Below, in pieces: positions 48,196 through 62,306 of a stretch of 64,000 nt of DNA. The notes beneath the pieces were generated by a model. It was not told where the DNA came from and did no database searches. It saw only the letters and a program-made list of their open reading frames with translations. Within the stretch, counting starts at the first letter, position 1; every line of letters begins with the position of its first letter. The position numbers and the translations under genes were made by a program. The DNA is from Phoronis australis (taxonomy: Eukaryota > Animalia > Phoronida). Where the stretch lies: contig NMRA01000998.1 in assembly GCA_002633005.1 (NCBI GenBank), positions 10,261 to 74,260 of the forward strand, read 5' to 3'.

Positions 48196-51100
48196 ATGTT
48201 GTCGCGTTTGCCGTCCAAGATGACTAGTGTAACTATTTGTTTACTGCGGAATGATCTTCGCTATCTTGACAATCAGGTAAATTGATACGTCTGCTCTGCA
48301 CACATGTTGGCACACTGCATGGTCGGATACTTAAGTTGTAGCGGTCCCTGAAAGTTTTGACTGAGATTGAGAACGAGGCAATCGCTAATTAACGGGCTCG
48401 TTATTCAGTGGATGAAACTGGTTGTCAAAATTAGGGACCTCTATATCCAACCAGTGCCCACAGGGTTGGTGTTTGACTCAGGACACGTGCTGACGACTGA
48501 TCAGGCAACACGTAGACAGTGATCACCTTCTCTAGCTCGATCGATCAGCATTAGTCGGAGGGCAATAAATACATACGCCCTTTACTTTTTCCCAGCTTTC
48601 ATTTCCAAATGGCTAAAATTTCAGTTATAGGCGAAAAAAGCTTCACGGCCATTCTCACTTGCTCTACCAGAAAGTCTAACTTAACTTACATTCTTCAGTA
48701 GGCAATGACCATCGCCTCTGTTGGCCCGAACCAGAGGCGATGCAGAGGCTATAGGCGCGCTGTACGCCGGAAGCTTTTCGGCGAATTATGCCTCGCACCG
48801 ACTAAACCATCAAAGTCACGTTGTTATAAATACCTTTTGCGCATAGAGGAACACCTGAGGAGGTTGTCGATGTGTTTGATTCCTTCCAACTCGAACAAAT
48901 ACTCCCATTATCAAACTTTTTCTGTGGAGCTCATCTTTTCCATTGGCTTACAGTTCAACAATGGTTGCTTGACTTGAGTGCCCTTTTTATACCTCAGTGT
49001 ATATGTCTATAAACTCCTGGGGTTCCCTGAGGGTCCTGTGCAGTTGTTAGTATCGGTAGATGATTGGCTGACACTGCAAGATCTATGTTCTAGGTTTTAC
49101 AGTGGGCGCATCAGAACAGTGACAGGGTACTACCTCTCTACTGTTTTGACCCGAGACATTATGGCCAAACTTACCACCATGGCTTTCCAAAGACAGGAGT
49201 CCATCGTCTAAAATTTCTACTGGAAAGTTTAAAAGATCTGAAATCAATACTGCAGGGCCATGGAAGGTATGGAGTTGTGTTAACAATAATTAGGTTTATG
49301 GGTAAAATTGATATTGGTTGTTGTAATGGTCTTACAGAGTTAAATTAGAAAATCTTGCTGTTGTATGTGAATTATGCTTTGGTTTGACAGTGCTCCCATT
49401 TGAGCATTAATCCGAATCCATGTTTCGGATAATTCCATGGTTTTTGCTGACTACAAAATTTGTTAAAAGTATCGTAGCATTGATAAAGAGCATACTGCTC
49501 GAAACGTGGAGTATATTTAATGGATTTTAATATTGACTTTCATCCTTTTGCTTAATGCTATTTTACCCGACTGTGTAACCGTCGGTAAGGGAATGGCATT
49601 TCAATACTTAATTTAAAAAATATGTTTGTTTTGTTACCCGTGTTTGATTTACCACATATAATGTAAATTAAATTTTCCAGTGACCTTTTGGTGCAATATG
49701 GAAAGCCAGAAGAAGTGATTCCCCGGATTGTCAATGAACTTGGCGGGCAAAATGTCAAGGCAGTTGTGTTCCAGGAAGAGGTACTTCGATCCCTTTGCAC
49801 TGTTTCAATCGTGAAAGTATACAGTAAATGTGGATCAATTTTGTCTTTGACTGGCACAAAGAACTCTTAATTATAAACCCAGTGCTTATGGTTTTGAGCA
49901 GACATAATCATACGGCACACACAAAAAATAATCAGAATAAAATTACCTGGGATTTCCAGGCGTGTTGGTTTGTGCGTTCTGGGTTTAGTTATTCAGAATT
50001 CATAGGGGATAACCAAACAGAACAATAAGCCCTTTCTTAAATTGTGTTTAGTTACCTAGTTAAGATCCTTTCCCATGTAGTTACCTTCAGTACTACTGAA
50101 ACCTCGTTTTTTTCTGTGGTTAACCGCAAAGTAAATCATTAGTGTTCCCATCTACTTCAGAGTTATAGTTCAAAGAAATTATCGCAAGGCGGTAATCTGA
50201 CCTGTAGTCATATGCCTTGCTGTTTTTGTCTCTACTTGTCATCAAAAATGGCAAGGACATCTCCCTCTCCTCAAATGGAAACTGGAACGTCAACGGTTGT
50301 CACGTTGGGATGATGACGATGCACTAGAAAATGACATGAAAAAATTGGTCAAGTTAATGGCTGATCCAAACTAAGGCAGTATTGGGTGGCAGAAACTTGT
50401 TTTGGGTTCACTTCATGCTCAGTGATTTTTTAATGTAAATTCAGCAAATACATGGATAAATTGAAACAAAATGCCAAAATTATAATTATTAGAACAAAAT
50501 ATTAACGATTAATAACAAGCCATCTACCGCTGTTGGCAAACTCAGGCAGTGACCTCTGGCGATAACTCTGATGGCACTGAGGTAAAGTAATCCCTTTGTA
50601 GCGAAGCGTGACGCTTTGCTGTTGAATCCACCTCTTTCTTTCAGAGTTAATTTACTGTTATCTTTAAGCCATTCAAGACAGAAGTTAAATGTTCCCATTT
50701 ATGGAAGTTTTGATAACACCAAAGCTTAGGAGCTAGGAAAGGCCTATTTGTACAACTGAAACAGTTGAATGACACAGAGCAAAAAAACGCTTTCACTGAC
50801 CTTGCATGTCAATTTCAAAAAGCCTATTGTGTGTGAGCAACACCCTTGATTTACTGTAACAAGTGTCCGCAAAATTCTAAGCCACTATGCTGACTAGTTA
50901 CCCCCATCCAAGCCTAAAATGTGAAATTTCTCTGCACCCTAAAGCATCTACCTTGTTGTAGGTAACTCAAGAAGAGACTGATGTTGAGCAGAATGTCGCC
51001 TCAGTCTGTGAAACTCAAAAATTCTGGGGCTCAACTCTTTACCACAAGCAAGACTTGCCATTTCAGTGTGAAAAGTAGGTTCCTCTTTTGAATAAGTGAA

Positions 51101-54100
51101 ATTAGTAGTAAAGTTGATTGGCTTGTTTTTTAGATTTCTCTTATGACTAAAATCAACAGCTTCAGAATTGATGGTCTGACTGTGACATCTCTGCAGGTGA
51201 AGGATTAAATTATTTACAGATGTCAGGAGCATTTTTTGAAGATGTTGTTTGGCACATTTTAACCTGCCATTTATTTTATGTTTTGTATTTATTAGCAGTT
51301 TTGCATTTACATTGTTTAGAATTCTAACATTTTAAATTTCCGTCTAAAGTTGAATTTTATGTTCTGTTTAACCTAGTGAATGGTTATTCGTAATTATGTT
51401 TTGTTATTTTAATGTCATGTTACAGTTGACATCCATGTTTGCAGGTTACCTGATATATTTACTCAATTCCGTCAAGCAGTGGACGGACGGTGTCGTATTA
51501 GGCCTCTTGTAGACATGCCACCACGATTGAAACCTCCGCCTGAAGGTGTTCAGTTTGTCAGTATCCCCAGTATTGAGTCATTCAACATGCAAGGTAGGGT
51601 GTTGGTTGGTTCCTTGAAAAAATGTTCTGACAAAAATTAATTTGCCCGCATTATGTATAAACACTATTTATCATGTAACAGTTATGAACTTTATCCCAAA
51701 CCCCCAAGGTCAGAAGCAGCTTAATTCTTGACTGTAGATATGCTGTGTTAATCTGGCTGTCATAAATCTACTGGATACAGTCATGCCTTTGCAGCAGTCA
51801 GTTGCTCTGAACAGTAGTTCATAGGGCTAATTGTGGACTAGTTCGATTGGACACCCTTGTTTGAAAATCATTGATAATATTGTAAATAACCTATTCATAA
51901 GAGGTTTACAACTACTGCCGTTGATGTAGACTAATATGTCACAGTGACTTGTTGTATGCTGCGTTTCTTGTCATTTAATTATATTAAGAATTTCTTTCCA
52001 TTTTTTAAATTTTGTCAGTGTGCCTAACATGCAAGCCAACACCTCAAACTTGCTGTTTTGTTACATTGGAACATTGAGGTGAGGAAGAATATATCAGAAG
52101 ACGAAAAAGAATGTCAGAAGCCTGTAGTATCATGTAGTGTTTTTAAACTGATGTGAAGTTTTTGAAAGAATTGCATATGCTAAGCGTATGTAAAATGTTA
52201 TGTCTGTATCTAAAATTGTGTGTCCTTATCGACAAGTGTGTACAATTAGCCAAACATTTACAAAACACTAGAATTTCACTCAACAAAATTATTGTATATA
52301 TAATTATTGTATATATAATTATTGTATATATAATTATTGTATATATAATTATTGTATATATAATTCCTGAAAGCAGAAATTACATAGAATTAAATTGTTG
52401 ACTTCATACCAATCTTCCAGTAACAAGCTCTTTTGTTCATATGTTTTAGTAAAATTAAGCAAAAAAGCAAGGTAGGCCTACATTCATAGCAAAACAACCG
52501 GATCAATTACATGACCAAATTTTATATGATAGAACTGTTCAACATGAAATCTCAAAAACTTTGTTACAGTTTTTTAGAGTATTTCATTCATTTCATGCAA
52601 CTTTATATTTTTTTCGCACAATCATATGTCCTGTTTTGTATAGTTCCTCGTGCAAAAGTGTAGCATTTCAAATACAATTCCTAAAAGTTGTTTTAGAGAA
52701 CAGTGCATTAACCATAATATCTCCAAGTTGCATGTGAATCTGGAGAGCCACTTTTGAGATACGATGTTCCAAAGTTGGCCAAAATTGAATAATTTTCTAG
52801 GGACCTACATAACACTAAATATTTTAGTATTGTTTTAGATTGTCTTTACTTTCCATGCCCTTCAATTAACCTTTGACCCTAGGTATGTTTCAATTAACCT
52901 TTGACCCTAGGTATGTTTCAATTAACCTTTGACCCTAGGTATGTTTCAATTAACCTTTGACCCTAGGTATGTTTCAATTAACCTTTGACCCTAGGTATGT
53001 TGAGCTGAAGATGAAGTTCATGCTGTGTCAAGTTTTATTTAATTTCTATAATGTTAACACCTTGCATTTGCTAGACTGTCCTACTGATGCAAGAACCTCA
53101 TTCCCATATGCTGGTGGTCAGACGTCGGCTCTGGAAAGAGTGAAGACATACTTTTGGGATACAAACTGTGTAGCTTCCTACAAATTTACCAGAAACAAGC
53201 TCGCTGGTGCAAATTTTTCAACTAAATTTTCACCCTGGTAAGTAAATTAAATGTAATCTGTGTGATGGGAATGCAGATCTGTGATTTCTTATTAATCAAT
53301 AAAAAATCTTTAGACTCATGTACTTATGTTACATAATGTAAGTTCATGATAGACTGTCGTTAATTGTATAAAATCCCCAAAATCGATTACATTTATTTCT
53401 GATTGCAATGGGTACAATTTTATTGGCAGTTGTTTGATTTTCAAGCACAGTTTCATTGTCTAAATTTGAAAAGCATTTTTGTCTGTGACAATCTGGAATT
53501 ATCCATTTTGTTTATTTCATTGAAAATGTTGAAATTGTGATGTCAATTATCACTTAATGTTAATTAAATACACACAGGTTAGCCATGGGATGTATTTCAC
53601 CTAGACAGATTTACTGGGAGCTGAAGCGATATGAGCAGAGTGTCACTGCTAATGACTCCACCTACTGGGTTATCTTTGAACTAATGTGGAGGGACTACTT
53701 CAAGTTTGTTGGGGTGAAATATGGAAGCAAACTGTTCTATCCCAGTGGTCAGTAATGAAATTATGTTGTTTCTTTTTCTAGTTGCCTTAAATTGTATTTG
53801 AGATAAAATTGCAGAACCTGTTGATGTTTTGGTCATAGTATTGTAATATGATAACATGGCAAACTTGTCTGGAACTAAGGATGCATCTAAGTTCTGCATC
53901 CAGGTGAGGCTATGCCCAACACATTGGTAGTATTAAATAATTTCCATGAATTTTCATTAACATATTCAAGTGCTTCATTTATTTATTAATTAGTACTGTT
54001 ACATTTTCCTCATTGGGCAATGGCATTTACTTTAGTGTCATAGTGTGGAAGATTTCTGACAGTCAACTCTTAGTTGTCTGTAACTTATTTGATAACAACA

Positions 54101-57100
54101 AAAATGACGTGATACCAAATATATCACTATCAAAGATAATCTCTTTGCATAACTCTGCAGTAGTACCTCTCTGATGCAACAACGAATGTTGTATCGTTTT
54201 TAAGGAACTCTGCACCAGATAATCCCTTTTAGCATCTGAGTTTTGTAAAAAATGAAATATGCGTTCCAATGAACGAAGCAGATTTCGTTGTTAATAGCTT
54301 TTTATTTTATATGACTTATTGTTATGATGACATCAGAAAGTGGGTACACTTATACTAAGAATATGCTTGTTTACTTTGTTCTTGTAGAGTGTCACTTGTT
54401 TATTTACTGCACCCAGGTATAAATGGCAAGAATGTCACATGGGTCCAGAGTGAAGAAAAGTTCAAAGGTTGGCAAGAGGGAAAGACTGGTGTTCCATTTG
54501 TTGATGCTAACATGAGAGAGTTATTGGCTACAGGGTTTATGAGCAACAGAGGGAGACAGGTACATGAAGACGTTGTAGTGATGACAGTACATTTATACAA
54601 TGCGTTCTGCAGGGCTTGGAATGACCAATGACAAAAAACGCGGAAACTTTGAAACTTTTACGGCCCAAATCATCGCCCGATAAGCAGCCTAGAACTGGTG
54701 AATGTGAACCTTTCCCCGACAAAAATCGGGAGGACTAAAAAATAAAAAAAGAACGTTACCACCATCAGTAGCATGCGTCTGCGTCCTTTTAGCTCGCCCG
54801 TCTGCTCCCAACCCACACATTTTTGGCTGCAGAGCGGTAGCATTTGTCGCCGCGCTTAACAATAACACGAGACGCCATTGAAAATCACACCACGCTATCC
54901 CAGATGCCCCGGCAATGTTGACACTTTACGTTCCTCCGAACATAAAGAGCAACTTCCGCTTTTCGAGGTGAACGTCGTCTGCAACGCCGCGGTNTTATGA
55001 TGACATCAGAAAGTGGGTACTCTTATACCAAGAATATAAGTGTTCTCACCCAAACATCACCGAAGTGGGTGGCCTCCTATATTATGGGCCCCACTTTTTG
55101 GGTGCCTTCAGGCATTCCCTCCTATGTTAATATAGGTGGCACAACTTCTGAAGCTCTGTATCATTTTAATAAGAATAAGTCATTTAAGATAAAAACCTAT
55201 TGATTATTTCTGCACCAAATTTTGCTGTTTTCCTCTTGTTTTTGGTTTATGCTTGCAGATCCCGATTTTAACGCTTTGCAAAATTATGACAATACTGGAC
55301 CTAAGAAAAATATGCTTGTTTACTTAGTTCTTGTAGAGTGTCACTTGTTTATTTACTGCACCCAGGTATAAATGGCAAGAATGTCACTTGGGTCCAAAGT
55401 GAAGAAAAGTTCAAAGGTTGGCAAGAGGGAAAGACTGGTGTTCCATTTGTTGATGCTAACATGAGAGAATTATTGGCCACAGGGTTTATGAGCAACAGAG
55501 GGAGACAGGTACGTGAAGACGTTGTACAGAGGGAGACAGGTACATGAAGACGTTATAGTGATGACAGTAAATTTATATAATGCGTTCTGAGACTATGTAG
55601 GTTTTGATATGTCACAAGTGGAAGATGACCTAGATGTGAGAACCCCCTTCCAGTTTATTGGTGAATTGAATTTGGAGCTTTCATAAGATGTATAATTATG
55701 ACTTAAGTTAGTTTTACCGCTTTGTCAGAAAATTTAAAAGTTAAATCTAAGCTTGGACCGTAGTTGCTATGTACCGTTCCAATTTACAATTATGATAATG
55801 TCAGAATAATGTCTTTATCTATTGTATTGCTCCCAAAGCACACATTTTTATGACAAATTTTTCATCCCATTTTAACCATACCATACCAAAATTACTATTA
55901 GTCTTTAATACCAACATGTTGTAAATGAACACTTGAAGTTTCCTAAATTACGAATTAAGCTCAAGTTAAAAATTAATAAGAATAAATAATAATTGAAATT
56001 TTATTGTTAGCTTGACCAGCGTGCTTTTTGTTGGTTGATAAGTTGCTTTTCTTATTTTTTAGAATGTTGCCAGTTTTTTAACCAAAGATTTGAAGCTAGA
56101 CTGGAGACTTGGTGCTGAGTGGTTTGAATCTCTTCTGGTAAGTTGACCCATATCTTATACAACGACGTGGAGAACTGTCTCATTATAACAATAGTTATGA
56201 TATTGTTAAAGAATCTAACGTTACTTGATATGTGAACAATACACAATGACTATTGAGTCTTTATTACTAGCAATATGATTTTTTCCGGATCATTGTAGTC
56301 CATCAAGTACCCTCCCAAGTAATTGACTTCAGACTTCTACATATACTGCTAAAACCCTAGAGAGACAGGCCATTGACAGTTTCGCTTGCTTCTATTTTAG
56401 GTCACTTATCTGTTATGTATTTTCTGTTAAGTCAAACTTCATTTGTCAGATTGACCATGATGTCTGCAGTAACTATGGAAACTGGCTATATACAGCCGGC
56501 CTTGGCAACGATCCAAGAGAAAACCGGAAGTTCAACATGATCAAGCAGGCAATGGATTACGATACCAATGTGAGTGCCTTCTTCAGTATTTGGTAATTAT
56601 GTTCCCAAGTTTGTTATTCCTGTTAGTTTTTGTTCTTGCATAATTGCATAATGTTAGCTACACCCTTGTGTAGCCTTATGTCTCACTTTTCGTGGTCTGG
56701 TACAATTAATTAATTGTTAAAATCTGACTTATGAATTGTTGTTGTTTCACAGTTGGGTGACATGATTAGTTCAGTTAATAAACAAGAAGGGGAACACCTG
56801 TGGTGAACGAGCAATGAACTATCATCACTTGTGCAGAGTTCATACATTTATGACAGGCGCATTTTTTATGTCCTGTTTAAAGCTCCCTGACCATAAGCGC
56901 TCATTGGGTGCACATTGTTGAATCTTTGCCTGATGCCCTCTGGTTCTGTAAATGGCCACCAGACCACATGCTGATTTAGTCTATCACACTTAACTTAAAG
57001 GTTACCCATTTTCCCGACCCTAAGTAATCTTTGCACTATGCGGTCAACTGTTAACTCTTGTGTATTCATTTTGTTATTCTTAAATGTAAAGCAGTTGGGC

Positions 57101-57667
57101 TTGTTCTTTACAACAGGGGGAGTATGTTAAACTGTGGATACCAGAACTGTCACAAATAGATGGCGCTAGTGTGCACACCCCATGGTGCCTCACTGCTGCT
57201 CAGCTCAGAAGATGTGGCGTTGAACTTGGGGAAACATATCCAAAACCTTTAGTGGTTGCTCCTGAATGGGGCAAATTCACTCAAAGAAAACGACAAGTAA
57301 GGCTGTCATCTCTGAAAAGAAAGATTCTTTTGTACACTTCGATCAACTTATACTAACTGTGTACTTTCAATCACTTTAAGTATGCTAGTAACATCAAGTT
57401 AATTCACTAAACCAATCTGTTGTTTTCAGGCTTGCTTGTGATCCAACTAAAGGTGGTCAAAAATTTTGTTTTTGAAGGGTTAAGTGATATATTATTTGAT
57501 GTTTGTTCATAGTTGTGTCTTAATATGTGTTCAAAACTACAACAGGGTGAAATGTCCTTTTGTTTAATTGAAAGCTGATCATCTCTTTGCAGGCATCGGG
57601 CAAGAAGAATGTGCCTCAGCAACGAGGCATGGATTTCTACTTTAAAAGTAGTCACAACCAGCGCTGA
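48196..57667 (+). CDS. cry-dash: Cryptochrome DASH (photolyase/cryptochrome family), 12 coding exons
   Basis: Exons: 48196(or 48220)-48276 ([13 protein letters not shown]), 49094-49266 ([15 protein letters not shown]), 49681-49780, 50962-51074 (FWGSTLYH), 51445-51593 (LPDIFTQFR), 53075-53237 (STKFSPW), 53578-53747 ([15 protein letters not shown]), 54417-54559 ([25 protein letters not shown]; duplicate at 55366-55508), 56063-56137 ([16 protein letters not shown]), 56450-56569 ([22 protein letters not shown]), 57117-57296, 57593-57667 (RGMDFYF..stop). Phases are consistent and the motifs are DASH-diagnostic. Confidence 0.97.
48699..48923. mobile_element. Solo arm of the foldback MITE family seen intact at 62078-62582
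   Basis: taggcaatgaccatcgcctctgttggcccgaaccagaggcgatg... nearly identical to the arms at 60856 and 62078. Confidence 0.9.
52286..52366. repeat. 15-bp minisatellite (TAATTATTGTATATA), ~5 copies
   Basis: Direct tandem array. Confidence 0.95.
52861..53001. repeat. 28-bp minisatellite (TTCAATTAACCTTTGACCCTAGGTATGT), 5 copies
   Basis: Direct tandem array just upstream of the CRY-DASH exon 6 acceptor. Confidence 0.97.
54610..54993. mobile_element. CpG-rich insertion beginning CAGGGCTT (hAT-like terminus), truncated at the single N at 54994
   Basis: Absent from the parallel copy after tgcgttctg (~55589). Confidence 0.55.
54995..55590 (+). other. cry-dash: Second copy of CRY-DASH exon 8 (55366-55508) and flanks; probable uncollapsed haplotype
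   Basis: Starts immediately after the N at 54994. Four synonymous differences in the exon and an identical peptide. Confidence 0.8.
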
Positions 57668-60600
57668 ATAAAGGATCTGCACCTGTGTTAGCCATCTCAG
57701 GAGTATGCATTGAGTTCCAGCGATTTGCCAATTGTCAACAGTGACTGAACTGGGAATTCTGAACACTGCTGATTTCAACATGGATCATTCTCTGTGACTT
57801 ACTGCTTGTGTACTGTCATTGAGAATGTTAAATTGTGTTGAGTGACTCTTGGAACATCAGTGGTTGCATTTACTTTGAACTGGGAATTTTCAGCAGTTCA
57901 GACTCACTCGTGAGCATACATATAAAGGCTTCATGCATTTTACTGATTGAAGGCAGTTATTGTTCTATAAAATTTCAGCAGTGCTGATCTGCTCCAGAAT
58001 ATAGGCATGCCTTGTCGTTAAGTAGTTGTTGGCAGTCATTGGAATGCTGAGTGAAAATGTGAACTGGCATTTGTAAGCATTGATGCAGTTTTATGTGAAG
58101 AGAATGCAATGTGACAGTCCATATACACTTATCATAGGATGAAATAGAATGTTATAACTATTCTTGATAGCCTCCTGATTTTAATAACCTTGCAACAAAG
58201 CAAGGTGACAGATGCAATTGATTGGACAGTAAAATGGACATAGTTTGAAGTCATTATGCCCCCCGAGTCATTTTCTACTCCTGGATCTGTGATGACCTTG
58301 GACGCATTATTATCTCAGCCTCAAGTTTTTAAAGTGGAAACCCCTTTATTCTATATGTTGTATGTTATCAGGTACATCCTCAATCAATTTACGATATACA
58401 AACATATTACACAATGGAGTAAACTGATACATTGAACTTAGCATACCTGCAGGATCAACCCACATTCAAAACATACAAGATATAAGAAACTAGCAATGAT
58501 TCATGATAGGTTTGCTGCGTAATTGATAACAATTAAAGTCGTCCAAAATCACTCCCAATGCAACAGTTCGTTTAACAATGACTGGTAATTCTTTAATTTT
58601 ACACAGTAAGAGAATAAAGCATTTTCGAAAAAATCGAAGGTTGACTGTTGTCATTTCCTGAGTCAGTACCGACACTCGCATTTGGCAAGCTATTGTAACG
58701 AATAGATGGGCTCGTAACAATTGAACATTTATGACCTCTCTGAGGTAGGCCAAAATATAGGCCTTGTACTGTATTAGTGGTGTCCCGCGAAAATCCCCTT
58801 TAGGCTATCATGATTTTTCCGAAAAAGCCGTCATCATTCATGTCCCGGTTTACTTCCCAATGCCGAAAATGGGACTCCAGGAAAGGACAAAATACAGAAT
58901 GAAGGCTGAAAAAATATTTCTTTACTTCATCAGTTGGGACAAGCGCTTTCCCATAACCAAAAAGCACACTGGAGTATCCACGTGTTATTATTAGTTTGTT
59001 GCTTTATCGATCGCTAATGAAACTACTTGTTAGTGATTCTTGGAATAATACATCTGGCTATGAAAGTACAGTATAGCAAATGAAAGACATCAAATTGTGA
59101 GGTGCACTGCAGTAAACTGACACTTAAGAGTAAAGTGGACGAAACTTGATCAGGTATCAAAAGCATGATCAAATTTCATTTGATAAAACTGTCAAGTAAG
59201 ATGAGATCTCATAAGCGCTGTTGAAGTTTGCCTTAATATCACTTCGTTTTCGTTTTTTGCAACACCTTATATTTTTATGAAAATCGTGAGTCTGATTTTC
59301 AATAGCCCCTCGATCTTGAAAACGTGTAATTTTTTTAAAATAATTCTTAACAGTGAGAACAATTCATTTAGCAACGAAGCTTCATACGAATCCGATCAGT
59401 CATTTCAGAGATATGATGTTGCGAAGTAAAGCAAATTTGAACGTTTATCTAGAGTCCTACATACCTATAAACATTGTAAACAAGAAGGGCATAGTGTTTT
59501 CCCATGTATTTTTGTCTGCCGGGTCTAAACAACTCGCGCTTTTGAAACCGTGCAGTTACGAACAGAACTGAATTTTAAAGTCTTGGATTTTAGCTATGAT
59601 CTTGGAATGATACTATTCTAGTATTTTCGTCGAAATAGTCTAGACTGTAAGCATATAACAATAGGAACGGAATACCAACTCCCGTACGTGGCAAACGTGC
59701 CTTTGAAACAATACTTGGTTGTTTATTACAATTTTAGCAGTTAAGGACTTCGAAATTAAGCAATAAACTCATTTCTTCACTAAGTAATACTAATGCATGT
59801 GTGTGTGTGTCACCGTAAATTAGGCATTTTGCGTCAGATGAAATGGATTCTGAAAGATAGCAATATTCTTAAAAAAGAGACAATCTAATTTGGAACACAT
59901 TCGAGGACGAAACTTCCATGGGGGAACAACTGGATTGAAAACCAAACATACGGTAAAGCACCCGGACATCAGGGTCTGCCAGTGAAAACCTGCGGCAGCC
60001 ATGAAAAACGTTGCTGGCCCAGTAGCGACCGGAAGATTACCGGTGTCGTAACTCTGAGAAGCGCCCAACGGACGTTTAGTGTGTCAGTCGAACGAGAATG
60101 AATTGTGGGTGCCGTCAAAACACATGATCCTGTTTTTCCTGTGTATAAAAAGTTGGACAGCTAAGTTAGTGGACTATCAATGGCATGTGGTTGATTTGTC
60201 AATTTGGCCGTGGGCCAAAGTGGCACATTTTGACGGTTTTACGGGGAGGTAGAATTGATAACTTCAAAAAGTGGGGCTGCGTCCGCCAAAGAAGAACAGG
60301 CCAGTACCCAGTAAACATGACAGTATTGGCCCAGTAGTGGATTTCTGTTGCTTGATAACGCTTGTACCGTATACCCGTTTACGTTTCTGGGCCACGAATG
60401 GCCCAGTACCGTCCCCACGACACTAACCCAGTCAACTTTCCCTTAGCGGCTCGCCGGTATTGGACCGGTAAACACAGACTTGAACACAAGAGGGCAGTTA
60501 GAGGCTTGCCCACAGGAAGGATAAAACTTTTAATTTTTTTTTTAAATCAGATGTGTGACAGTAAAACTTTTCAATTTTCATAAAAATTAATTACCGGCAG

Positions 60601-60855
60601 CTGTATTACAGTGTAATTTTATTTTTTAAAGAAAACTTTCCACCAGATGACCTTCATGAAAAAACCGCCATTTTGAAATTTCCGTTGAAGAACACTTGAG
60701 TTGTTTAGAGTTTGAAACCAACGTGTGTAACAGAATAGTGAAGGATTTTCACAGTGAACTTCAGATTTCTGGTAAGTTTCATATTTGTTCACTTTGCATG
60801 CCATGCCAGTGTCTGTAAGAGTATACAAAACATGATTTACTACCACAGACGTTCT

Positions 60856-61084
60856 TAGAGGCAATGACCATCGCCTCTGTTGGCCCGAACCAGACTCCAG
60901 AGTCCAGAGGCGATACAGAGGCTATAGGCGCTCTGTACGCCGGAAGCTTTTTGGCGAATTATGCCTCGCACCGACTAAACCATCAAAGTCACGTTGTTAT
61001 AAATACCTTTTGCGCATAGAGGAATACCTGAGGAGGTTGTCGAAGTGTTTAATTCCTTCCAACTCGAACAAATACTCCCGTTAT
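60856..61084. mobile_element. Left arm of the foldback MITE, cut by an N-gap (redundant with 62078 onward)
   Basis: Identical to 62078-62306, including the flank. Confidence 0.85.
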
Positions 61085-61598
61085 NNNNNNNNNNNNNNNN
61101 NNNNNNNNNNNNNNNNNNNNNNNNNNNNNNNNNNNNNNNNNNNNNNNNNNNNNNNNNNNNNNNNNNNNNNNNNNNNNNNNNNNNNNNNNNNNNNNNNNNN
61201 NNNNNNNNNNNNNNNNNNNNNNNNNNNNNNNNNNNNNNNNNNNNNNNNNNNNNNNNNNNNNNNNNNNNNNNNNNNNNNNNNNNNNNNNNNNNNNNNNNNN
61301 NNNNNNNNNNNNNNNNNNNNNNNNNNNNNNNNNNNNNNNNNNNNNNNNNNNNNNNNNNNNNNNNNNNNNNNNNNNNNNNNNNNNNNNNNNNNNNNNNNNN
61401 NNNNNNNNNNNNNNNNNNNNNNNNNNNNNNNNNNNNNNNNNNNNNNNNNNNNNNNNNNNNNNNNNNNNNNNNNNNNNNNNNNNNNNNNNNNNNNNNNNNN
61501 NNNNNNNNNNNNNNNNNNNNNNNNNNNNNNNNNNNNNNNNNNNNNNNNNNNNNNNNNNNNNNNNNNNNNNNNNNNNNNNNNNNNNNNNNNNNNNNNNN

Positions 61599-62306
61599 GT
61601 TTACGTTTCTGGGCCACGAATGGCCCAGTACCGTCCCCACGACACTAACCCAGTCAACTTTCCCTTAGCGGCTCGCCGGTATTGGACCGGTAAACACAGA
61701 CTTGAACACAAGAGGGCAGTTAGAGGCTTGCCCACAGGAAGGATAAAACTTTTAATTTTTTTTTTAAATCAGATGTGTGACAGTAAAACTTTTCAATTTT
61801 CATAAAAATTAATTACCGGCAGCTGTATTACAGTGTAATTTTATTTTTTAAAGAAAACTTTCCACCAGATGACCTTCATGAAAAAACCGCCATTTTGAAA
61901 TTTCCGTTGAAGAACACTTGAGTTGTTTAGAGTTTGAAACCAACGTGTGTAACAGAATAGTGAAGGATTTTCACAGTGAACTTCAGATTTCTGGTAAGTT
62001 TCATATTTGTTCACTTTGCATGCCATGCCAGTGTCTGTAAGAGTATACAAAACATGATTTACTACCACAGACGTTCTTAGAGGCAATGACCATCGCCTCT
62101 GTTGGCCCGAACCAGACTCCAGAGTCCAGAGGCGATACAGAGGCTATAGGCGCTCTGTACGCCGGAAGCTTTTTGGCGAATTATGCCTCGCACCGACTAA
62201 ACCATCAAAGTCACGTTGTTATAAATACCTTTTGCGCATAGAGGAATACCTGAGGAGGTTGTCGAAGTGTTTAATTCCTTCCAACTCGAACAAATACTCC
62301 CGTTAT
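61599..62306. other. Near-exact duplicate of 60377-61084 across an N-gap (assembly overlap)
   Basis: Sequences appear identical at offset 1222. Confidence 0.85.

Noticed and set aside
60975-61668. Long ORFs of 178-221 aa in the ORF track
   Set aside because: They consist of N-gap X residues.
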